DNA from: Micropruina sp.
GTDB lineage: Bacteria > Actinomycetota > Actinomycetes > Propionibacteriales > Propionibacteriaceae
DNA length: 64,000 bases
Direction of reading: 5' to 3'
NCBI RefSeq assembly: GCF_047602385.1
Contig: NZ_JASGHL010000001.1
Location: 692,360 to 756,359 of the forward strand
The notes under the pieces are model-generated. The model did no database searches and was not told the origin of the DNA. It worked only from the letters and a program-made list of their open reading frames with translations. The first letter of the stretch is position 1. Every line of letters starts with the position of its first letter. Of this stretch, positions 57,701 through 64,000 are shown one piece after another. The position numbers and the translations under genes were made by a program.

Positions 57701-59257
57701 CGGGTTGGTGACCTGGGCGAACAGCTGCGCGAAATAGTCGAACAGCAACCGGGGACGCTCGCTGAGCACCGCCAGCGGGGTGTCGGTGCCCATCGATCCG
57801 ATCGGCTCGGCACCGCTGTTGGCCATCGGAGCCAGCAGCAGCTTCAGCTCCTCGTGGGTGTAGCCGAAGACTTGCTGCCGGCGCAGCACCGAGGCGGCGC
57901 TGTGCACCACGTGCTGCCGTTCGGGCAGGTCGTCGAGATCGACCCGGCCCTGCTCGACCCACTCGCCGTAGGGATGCTCGGCGGCCAGGGACGACTTGAT
58001 CTCGTCGTCGTCGATCAGCCGGTGCTCGGCCAGGTCGACCAGCAGCATCCGGCCCGGCTGCAGCCGGCCCTTGGCGACCACCGAGCTCTGTGGCAGATCG
58101 AGGACGCCGGACTCCGAGGCGAACACCACCAACCCGTCGTCGGTGACCCAGTAGCGGCCCGGACGCAGACCGTTGCGGTCCAGGGTGGCGCCGATCAGCG
58201 AGCCGTCGGTGAAGCAGACGGCCGCGGGGCCGTCCCAGGGCTCCATCAGCGAGGAATGGAAGGAGTAGAACGCCCGGCGGTCCGGGTCCATCTCCGCGTT
58301 GTTCTCCCACGGCTCGGGGATCATCATCATCACCGCATGCGGCAGCGAGCGACCACCCAGATGCAGCAGCTCGAGCACTTCGTCGAACGACGCCGAGTCG
58401 GAGCCGCCCGGGGTGCAGATCGGGAAGATCCGCTCCAGGTTGCCGGGAATCCGGTCGCTGGCCAGCAACGCCTCGCGGGCCCGCATCCAGTTGCGGTTGC
58501 CCTTGACCGTGTTGATCTCGCCGTTGTGCGCGATCAGCCGGTACGGGTGGGACAGTTCCCAGGCCGGGAAGGTGTTGGTGGAGAACCGGGAATGCACCAG
58601 GGCCAGCGCCGACGCCATCCGCTCGTCGGTCAGATCGGGAAAGACCTCGGCCAGTTGCTGGGTGGTGAGCATGCCCTTGTACACGGTTGTCCGGGCCGAC
58701 AGCGAGGCGAAGTACACCCCGGTCTCGTTGCGGGCACGCTGCCGCAACGGGTACGCCAGCCGGTCCAGCTCGATGCCTTGTTCCCCGCCGGGAGAGCTGA
58801 CGAACAGCTGCTCGAAGACCGGCATCGCCTCTCGCGAGATCGGGCTCAGGGTGCCGTCCTGCGTGGGCACCGGACGCCAGCCGACGACGTCCAGGCCTTC
58901 CTCGACCGCGATGTACTCGATCGCGCGCTTGGCGCCGGCCCGCTTGACCGGAGAGGTCGGCAGGAATGCCATGCCCATCGCGTAGCCGCCCGCCTGGGGC
59001 AGCTCGAAGTCGGCGACGGCACGGAAGAAGGCGTCCGGGATCTGCAGCAGCATGCCGGCTCCGTCGCCGGCGGCGGCGTCAGCACCGGTGGCGCCGCGGT
59101 GGTCCAGGTTCTCCAGCGCGGTCAGGCCTTTTGCCACGATGTCGTGGCTGGCCTCACCGCTGAGCTTGGCGATGAAGGCGACGCCGCAGGCGTCATGCTC
59201 GAAGGCGGGGTCATACAGTCCCTGGCGCGGCCGGTGGGGCATCGACGTTCCAGTCAT
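54737..59257 (-). CDS. gltB: Glutamate synthase large subunit
   Basis: [74 protein letters not shown]. Confidence 0.98.
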   Translation of the reverse strand: MTGTSMPHRPRQGLYDPAFEHDACGVAFIAKLSGEASHDIVAKGLTALENLDHRGATGADAAAGDGAGMLLQIPDAFFRAVADFELPQAGGYAMGMAFLPTSPVKRAGAKRAIEYIAVEEGLDVVGWRPVPTQDGTLSPISREAMPVFEQLFVSSPGGEQGIELDRLAYPLRQRARNETGVYFASLSARTTVYKGMLTTQQLAEVFPDLTDERMASALALVHSRFSTNTFPAWELSHPYRLIAHNGEINTVKGNRNWMRAREALLASDRIPGNLERIFPICTPGGSDSASFDEVLELLHLGGRSLPHAVMMMIPEPWENNAEMDPDRRAFYSFHSSLMEPWDGPAAVCFTDGSLIGATLDRNGLRPGRYWVTDDGLVVFASESGVLDLPQSSVVAKGRLQPGRMLLVDLAEHRLIDDDEIKSSLAAEHPYGEWVEQGRVDLDDLPERQHVVHSAASVLRRQQVFGYTHEELKLLLAPMANSGAEPIGSMGTDTPLAVLSERPRLLFDYFAQLFAQVTNPPLDAIREELVTSLSSTFGPEGNLLQPGPDSCKHIVIGYPVLDSDQLAKLVRINRDGLMPAYDTHVVRGLYPVEEGALGLKLQLDELCREVTASIERGCRTIVLSDRHSNADLAPIPSLLLTAAVHHHLVREKKRSQVGLIVEAGDVREVHHLALLIGYGAAAVNPYLAFESAEDLARREWLVKVEPEKAVANVRKALGKGVLKVMSKMGVSTIASYTGAQIFEALGLSSDFVDAYFTGTPSRVEGIGLDEIARGIAARHAQAYPPDRITLPHRTLNVGGEYQWRREGEPHLFDPETVFRLQHATRSKRYDIFKAYTERVNDQAERLMTLRGLLEFASDRRPVPIDQVEPVSEIVKRFSTGAMSYGSISREAHETLAVAMNRIGAKSNTGEGGEDVDRLYDPQRRSAIKQVASGRFGVTSDYLTNATDIQIKMAQGAKPGEGGQLPGQKVYPWVASTRHSTPGVGLISPPPHHDIYSIEDLKQLIHDLKCANPVARVHVKLVAEVGVGTVAAGVSKAKADVVLISGHDGGTGAAPLTSLKHAGGPWELGLAETQQTLLINGLRDRIVVQVDGQLKTGRDVVIGALLGAEEFGFATAPLVVSGCIMMRVCHLDTCPVGVATQNPELRAKFSGKPEFVVNFFEFIAEEVREILASLGFRSIQEAIGHVEVLQARRAIEHWKAKGLDLEPILHWVDTDGPLHRITGQDHGLEAKLDTQLIALAEPALVRGELVRADLTVRNVDRTVGTILGHEVTKATRGKGLPENTIDLTLRGTAGQSFGAFLPAGVTLRLVGDTNDYFGKGLSGGRLTVRPAEDAAFVAEEHIIAGNVIGYGATSGELFIRGKVGERFCVRNSGATAVVEGVGDHGCEYMTGGEAVILGGTGRNFAAGMSGGVAYVLDLDAGRLNTEMADPLEPTEADLARIRQLLGKHLEETGSAVAERLLAVEDLGARFTTVLPRDYARVLAARAQAEQAGLDEVATTAMMMEAAHG

Positions 59258-59363
59258 GGCGTTCTCCTCATCCTCCGGGGCGAAGCTCGGGTGCCGGAGG
59301 GCACGCCTCCGCGTCCGCCACCCGACGTCGACGCTGTGCGCGCTGCGCAGCTTACAAAGCCTA
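59258..59363 (-). promoter_or_regulatory. gltB promoter (-10 TAGGCT at 59358-59363) and structured leader of about 95 nt
   Basis: Stems 59287-59293/59319-59325 and 59295-59300/59306-59311; alternative pairing 59272-59278/59294-59300; SD GAGGAGA at 59263-59269. Confidence 0.5.
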
Positions 59364-59457
59364 CGATTCGCCGCGTGAAGCCTGCTTGCATCATGGACCG
59401 GCGGATGTCGGGGGCCGGGCCCTCGACTCCGCAGGGTGCTAACCCTAGCCTGAGGCC

Positions 59458-60495
59458 ATGACAGCCACAGAATGGCGGTCCGTCGCCGATGTCAACGAAG
59501 CCTCCTTCACGGTGGACCTGCCGGCGGGCTGGAGCCACGACGTCCGGTTGCTGCGGGTCGGCCCGGCGCAGCGGCGAGTGGTTCGGGCAGTCTCTCCCGA
59601 CGGCTCGTTGCGGCTCAGCTTGCACGACCCCGACCTGCCCGACTTCTACGAGCCGTCCTCGGGCATGTTCATCCAGCCCGGTGTCCACCAGTTGGCCGGG
59701 TATGTCGACGCGGAGGCGTTCCTGCCGCAATACCTGAGTCAGCGCTTCGGCGCGGCCCCCGGGTTTCGCGCCGGCGCCGTCCAGCCCGAGCCCGAGTTGG
59801 TTCAGGCCACGCATCAACGGGCCGCGGAGGCCGGAGTTCGGCTGCGGTGCACCGCAGCCTCGGCGCGCTTCGGCTTCACCGACCAGGGCCGCACCGTCGA
59901 GGCCCTCGGCTTTGTGTCGACGAACTCGTTCGGCCCCAGTTGGATGGCGGACGTCTGCGTCCTGTTCGTGACCGGGGGCGGCGAGCCCGACCGGGCGCTG
60001 CTACTGAAGGCGATGTATTCGGAACGGACCAGCCCGCAATGGCGGGCCGCCGAGAATCAGCTGTTCGCCAACCAGCAGGCGATCAACGCCCAGCAGAGCG
60101 CGGCCTGGATGAACCTCAACACCACGATGCACAACCAGCGGATGGGCGACATCGTCGCCGCCGGTGCGGCCAACACGGCGATCCACGAGCAGCGGGTCGC
60201 AATGGGAGAGGCGAGCACCGCGTCGTTCCTGAACCGGCTCAACCAGCCTTCGGGCGGCACAGCCGACTCGCCCGGGCTGGACGCCCAGCACTCGTGGATC
60301 AACGCGATGCGCGAGGAGGAGACGGTGCGCACCGCGTCGGGCGACGACGTGCAGGTGGACGCCGGGGCCGACCGCTACTTCGTCGACGAACGCAACCGGC
60401 GCTGGGTGGGTGCCTCCGGTTCGGCCGACGCCAACGATTTCCGTGCCGCCGGACTGAACCCCGACGATTACCAGGAAGGCCAGATCCGGCGCTGA
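59458..60495 (+). CDS. Hypothetical protein with Q/N/A-rich helical C-terminal half
   Basis: 345-aa ORF with C/G third positions; TAGCCT 6 nt upstream of ATG; no signal peptide. Confidence 0.8.
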   Translation: MTATEWRSVADVNEASFTVDLPAGWSHDVRLLRVGPAQRRVVRAVSPDGSLRLSLHDPDLPDFYEPSSGMFIQPGVHQLAGYVDAEAFLPQYLSQRFGAAPGFRAGAVQPEPELVQATHQRAAEAGVRLRCTAASARFGFTDQGRTVEALGFVSTNSFGPSWMADVCVLFVTGGGEPDRALLLKAMYSERTSPQWRAAENQLFANQQAINAQQSAAWMNLNTTMHNQRMGDIVAAGAANTAIHEQRVAMGEASTASFLNRLNQPSGGTADSPGLDAQHSWINAMREEETVRTASGDDVQVDAGADRYFVDERNRRWVGASGSADANDFRAAGLNPDDYQEGQIRR

Positions 60496-60507
60496 GCCGG
60501 TGCCCAC

Positions 60508-60531
60508 CCGTTGGTCGAGCTTGTCGAGACC
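60508..60531 (+). repeat. REP-like element CCGTTGGTCGAGCTTGTCGAGACC
   Basis: Intergenic between convergent genes; imperfect self-hairpin with GTCGAG x2; related sequences at 36141 and 10794. Confidence 0.55.
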
Positions 60532-60543
60532 TCTCCCCCGCCT

Positions 60544-61497
60544 TCAGCTGTCCGCGGGATCCTTGCCGTTGAGGGCCGGGGTCTCGACGTCGTCGTCCTG
60601 GGTGCCGTCGGCATCATCGCTGGGTTCGGCGGAATCGGCGTCCGGGCTCGCCGCAGCGGTGAATTCGACGCCGTTCTCGCGTCCGGGCCGGTTCTTCACC
60701 AACCAGACCAGCACGGCCACACCGGCCAGGCAGATCAGCGCGGCGACCGCCTGGTTGAACCGGATCGGGCCGAAGGTGTCGTAGGAGAAGTCCAGCCGGA
60801 TGCCCTCGGTGAAGAACCGGCCGAAGCCGTACAGCGCGATGTACAGGGCGAACACCTTGCCGTGTCCGAGCCGGAAGCGCCGGTCCGCCCAGATCAGGGT
60901 GACCGCGACCAGCACGTTCCACAACGATTCGTAGGCGAAGGTGGGGTGGAAGGTCGCATACTGCTCGAAACCGGGCACCCGGTGGGAAGGGTCGATCTCC
61001 AGTCCCCACGGCAGGTCGGTGGGCAACCCGTAGAGCTCCTGGTTGAACCAGTTGCCGAACCGGCCCAGCGCCTGCCCGACCGCGATGCCCGGCGCCAGCG
61101 AGTCGGCCAGCGCCGCGAATCGGACGCCGTAGCGGCGACACATCAGCCAGGCGGCCAGCGCGCCGCCGCCGATCGCCCCGTAGATGGCGATGCCGCCCTC
61201 CCAGATCCGCAGCGCACTCCACGGGTCGATGCCGGGCGCGAAGTAGTCGCCGAGGTGGGTCAGCACGTGGTAGATCCGGGCGCCGACAATTCCCGCCGGG
61301 ATCGCCACCAGCACGATGGTTTCGAACTGTTCGGGCTTGCCGCCGCGGGCCTGCCAGCGTCGGTTGCCGATCATCCAGGCGGCGATCATGCCGGCGATCA
61401 GGCAGAGCGCGTAGATGTGCAGGAAGAACGGACCGAGCTGCCAGCCGCTGACCGGCGGGGACGGGATGGAGAACAGCACCCGCCCATCCTGCCCCAT
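60544..61497 (-). CDS. lgt: Prolipoprotein diacylglyceryl transferase
   Basis: IVGARIYHV, IWEGGIAIYG, GRFGNWFNQELYG, HPTFAYES, RFFTEGIR; acidic tail. Confidence 0.95.
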   Translation of the reverse strand: MGQDGRVLFSIPSPPVSGWQLGPFFLHIYALCLIAGMIAAWMIGNRRWQARGGKPEQFETIVLVAIPAGIVGARIYHVLTHLGDYFAPGIDPWSALRIWEGGIAIYGAIGGGALAAWLMCRRYGVRFAALADSLAPGIAVGQALGRFGNWFNQELYGLPTDLPWGLEIDPSHRVPGFEQYATFHPTFAYESLWNVLVAVTLIWADRRFRLGHGKVFALYIALYGFGRFFTEGIRLDFSYDTFGPIRFNQAVAALICLAGVAVLVWLVKNRPGRENGVEFTAAASPDADSAEPSDDADGTQDDDVETPALNGKDPADS

Positions 61498-61501
61498 CGG
61501 G

Positions 61502-62266
61502 TCACTCCAGTTCGGCCAGCACCGCTTCGGGGACGTCTTCGTTGGAGTAGACGGTCTGGACGTCGTCCACGTCCTCGATCGCGTCGAGCAGCTTGAACAG
61601 CTTCTCGGCCGCGTCCTTGGCGTCGATCGCCTGGGTGTACTGCGGCACGAACTGCACCTCGGCCGACTCGTAGTCCAGGCCGGCGTCCTGGACGGCCTTG
61701 CGGACGTCGACCACGGCGCTGGGATCGGAGATCACCTTGAAGGTCTCGCCCTCGTCCGAGACGTCCTCGGGATCGGCGTCCAGCGTGGCTTCGAGCAGGT
61801 CGTCCTCGTCGAGTTCCTTGCCGCCCTGGGTCTTGGCCACCTCGACGATGCCCTTGCGGTCGAAGATCCGCGACACCGAGCCGACGTCGGCCATCGTGCC
61901 GCCGTTGCGGGTGACCGCCACCTTCACATCGGACGCCGACCGGTTCCGGTTGTCGGTGAGGCACTCGATCAGGATCGCGACCCCGCCCGGGCCGTAGGCC
62001 TCGTACATGATCTCGGTGTAGTCGACGGTCTCGCCGCCGATGCCCGAGCCCCGCTTCACCGCACGGTCGATGTTGTCGTTGGGGACCGAGTTCTTCTTGG
62101 CCTTCTGGATGGCGTCGTAGAGGGTGGGGTTCCCACCGGGGTCACCGCCGCCGACCCGCGCTGCCACCTCGATCTTCTTGATCAGGTTCGCGAAGAGCTT
62201 GCCCCGCTTGGCGTCGATCGCCGCCTTCTTGTGCTTGGTGGTGGCCCATTTGGAGTGCCCGCTCAT
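61502..62266 (-). CDS. yebC: YebC/PmpR family protein
   Basis: [43 protein letters not shown]. Confidence 0.97.
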   Translation of the reverse strand: MSGHSKWATTKHKKAAIDAKRGKLFANLIKKIEVAARVGGGDPGGNPTLYDAIQKAKKNSVPNDNIDRAVKRGSGIGGETVDYTEIMYEAYGPGGVAILIECLTDNRNRSASDVKVAVTRNGGTMADVGSVSRIFDRKGIVEVAKTQGGKELDEDDLLEATLDADPEDVSDEGETFKVISDPSAVVDVRKAVQDAGLDYESAEVQFVPQYTQAIDAKDAAEKLFKLLDAIEDVDDVQTVYSNEDVPEAVLAELE

Positions 62267-63276
62267 CTACGTCCCATCTGCTGCTCGTCCGTCTGCGCGG
62301 CCCCGATTGTATCGACCCGCGGACGGCACACGTACCAGACCATCGAGTCCACGCCGGTGTAACCGAGTCCGAGATAGGGACGGGCACCCTGCCCGGATTC
62401 GGTGTCGATGCCGATTCCCGCGGTGTTCAGGCCGGCCTGGAGGAACGAGTCCCGGCTGCGCTGCAGCAACAGGTGAAAGATGCCGCGGTTGCGCCATTGC
62501 GGGCACGCCCCGAGATACTCGGTCCAACCGACGCGGTGGCCCGCCAGGTAGGTGTCCGCGTTCAGCGCCCAGCCGACCGGCTGATCGCCGACCACGGCGA
62601 CCCAGGACCAGTCGTCCCGCACGCCCGCGCCGGCCAGCCCCCAGGTCCAGCCGCCGGGATCGATCGCCTCGTCGGGGTCGCCGAGGGTCGCGTTGTGGAG
62701 CTGCCGGACCGGCTCGCTCCACTGCCCCCCGAACGGTTCGAGCCGGACGCCGGGCAGCGGTGCGGGGCCGTCCGGAATCGGTTCCTGCAGGCCGCGACGC
62801 ATCGCGTGGTACCACTTCTGGGGCCGGAATCCGCACGCCGAGAGGGTCTCGGCGAGGAACAGGTTGCCGCTGGAGATCATCATCGACAACTCGGGCGTGC
62901 CGAGGTCGGTCTGCTCGAGATGCCATTCCTGGGCACGTTCCACCTGCCACCGCAGCAGCGTGCCCTGGACGCCGTCGTCCCGCCACGCCGGGTGACAGCC
63001 GCCGTGCAAGCGCAGCCGGTGCGGTGGCTCGCCGACGCCCGGGAGCCGGATCCAGGCATAGGCGATCAGCGTGCCGCTCGGTTTGCGCAGGACGACACCG
63101 GTCTGCGACTCGCGGACCGCGTCGTCCGCGACGGCGGCCTCCAAGGCGGGCAGGTCGTGGTGATGAGTGGCGTCGCCGAAGTGTTCCTCGGCTGCGATCA
63201 GACCGGCGATCTCGGGGATGTCCCGTTGGGAGAGCCAGTGCCAGGTGCAACCGTGGCTCTTGGCCGGTATCGGCAT
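62263..63276 (-). CDS. Tandem GNAT acetyltransferase (MshD-like fold)
   Basis: [11 protein letters not shown] and [11 protein letters not shown] acetyl-CoA motifs, [14 protein letters not shown]; SD GGAGG; ATGA overlap with yebC. Confidence 0.82.
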   Translation of the reverse strand: MPIPAKSHGCTWHWLSQRDIPEIAGLIAAEEHFGDATHHHDLPALEAAVADDAVRESQTGVVLRKPSGTLIAYAWIRLPGVGEPPHRLRLHGGCHPAWRDDGVQGTLLRWQVERAQEWHLEQTDLGTPELSMMISSGNLFLAETLSACGFRPQKWYHAMRRGLQEPIPDGPAPLPGVRLEPFGGQWSEPVRQLHNATLGDPDEAIDPGGWTWGLAGAGVRDDWSWVAVVGDQPVGWALNADTYLAGHRVGWTEYLGACPQWRNRGIFHLLLQRSRDSFLQAGLNTAGIGIDTESGQGARPYLGLGYTGVDSMVWYVCRPRVDTIGAAQTDEQQMGRR

Positions 63277-63330
63277 CGTCGCCTCCGTCTTCCAAAACCC
63301 CAATCTAGTAGAACGCCTGGAACAGTGTGC

Positions 63331-63999
63331 TTACTTGCCGGCGACGGCCAACGCATCCTCAAGGGTGAAGTTGCCGACGTACAGGGCGGTGCCGATGATC
63401 GCCCCGGTGACCCCGAGCGGCACCAGTTCGCGCAGCGCTGCCAGGTCGTCCAGTCCGGCGATGCCGCCGGAGGCGATCACCTCGGCGTCGGTGCGCGCGC
63501 AGACCGCGCGGAGCAGGTCGAGGTTCGGGCCGGTGAGCATGCCGTCGGACTTGACGTCGGTCACCACGAAAGCCTGGCAGCCGGCGGCCGAGAGCCGGTC
63601 CACCGCTTCGGCCCAGTCGCCGCCCTCACGGACCCAGCCGCGTGCCGCCAGGCGAGTGCCCTTGACGTCGATCGCGATGCCGATCCGGTCGCCGTGTTCG
63701 GCGATGGCGCGCTCGCACCAGTCCGGGTTCTCCAGCGCGGCGGTGCCGATGTTGACCCGCCGGCAGCCGGTCGCCAGCGCCCGCTGCAAACTGGCGTCGT
63801 CGCGCAGGCCCCCGGAGAGCTCCACGTTGAGGCTGAGCCGGTCGGTGATCGCGGCGATCAGTTCGGCGTTCGAGCCGCGTCCGAAGGCGGCGTCCAGATC
63901 GACCAGGTGCAGCCACTCGGCACCGGCGTCCTGCCAGCGCAGGGCCGCGGTGAGCGGGTCGCCGAACACCTTCTCCGAGCCGGCCACCCCCTGGGTCAG
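63331..63999 (-). CDS. priA: PriA (HisA/TrpF bifunctional isomerase), 5'-truncated by window edge
   Basis: [56 protein letters not shown]. Confidence 0.93.
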   Translation of the reverse strand: MTQGVAGSEKVFGDPLTAALRWQDAGAEWLHLVDLDAAFGRGSNAELIAAITDRLSLNVELSGGLRDDASLQRALATGCRRVNIGTAALENPDWCERAIAEHGDRIGIAIDVKGTRLAARGWVREGGDWAEAVDRLSAAGCQAFVVTDVKSDGMLTGPNLDLLRAVCARTDAEVIASGGIAGLDDLAALRELVPLGVTGAIIGTALYVGNFTLEDALAVAGK

Positions 64000-64000
64000 C

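Noticed and set aside
54716-59461. 1581-aa plus-strand ORF
   Set aside because: Exact antisense shadow of gltB; stop-free because of high-GC codon bias; no motifs.
60523-60588. GTCGAGACC / GGTCTCGAC 9-bp inverted pair as a REP doublet
   Set aside because: The second half lies in the lgt coding tail and the match does not extend; probably chance.
1-64000. rRNA, tRNA, CRISPR arrays, IS elements
   Set aside because: None seen by eye: intergenic gaps are short and lack T-loop/cloverleaf or repeat-spacer patterns. tRNAscan-SE, Infernal and ISEScan would be needed to exclude them formally.

Overview
High-GC actinobacterial chromosome, probably Propionibacteriales (inferred from a Propionibacterium-type PPi-dependent phosphofructokinase, the ppm1-fxsA-rbpA block and PriA). 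It carries about 60 genes. Core or near-core genes: ppm1/fxsA/rbpA, pdxY, an HTH-fused murA, lpdA, ppk2, pfp, dnaE, gltBD, lgt, yebC and a partial priA. Accessory blocks: a stand-alone zwf with a vapBC pair, M23 peptidase, GNAT and a deleted hemerythrin gene; an iron-siderophore ABC uptake locus with an IdeR/DtxR-type box; a putrescine/GABA catabolic operon (PucR regulator, gabT, putrescine oxidase, USP, permease, two aldehyde dehydrogenases); an arginase locus; and a second Phd-VapC pair. I saw no rRNA, tRNA, CRISPR array, integrase or transposase. Most unusual items: (i) a 561-aa unknown protein built from three tandem copies of one ~140-160 aa domain (44371-46056), translationally coupled to a trans-sulfuration enzyme and a squalene-cyclase-fold protein and followed by a perfect 28-bp inverted repeat; (ii) a ppk2 segment with an abrupt G/T synonymous-codon signature; (iii) a gltB leader with mutually exclusive pairings beside the RBS; (iv) a zwf lacking the NADP-specifying Arg; (v) a frameshifted ppm1 with an extra helical tail; (vi) pervasive leaderless promoter architecture. 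All calls come from reading the sequence and recalling family motifs. No database search or computation was run.
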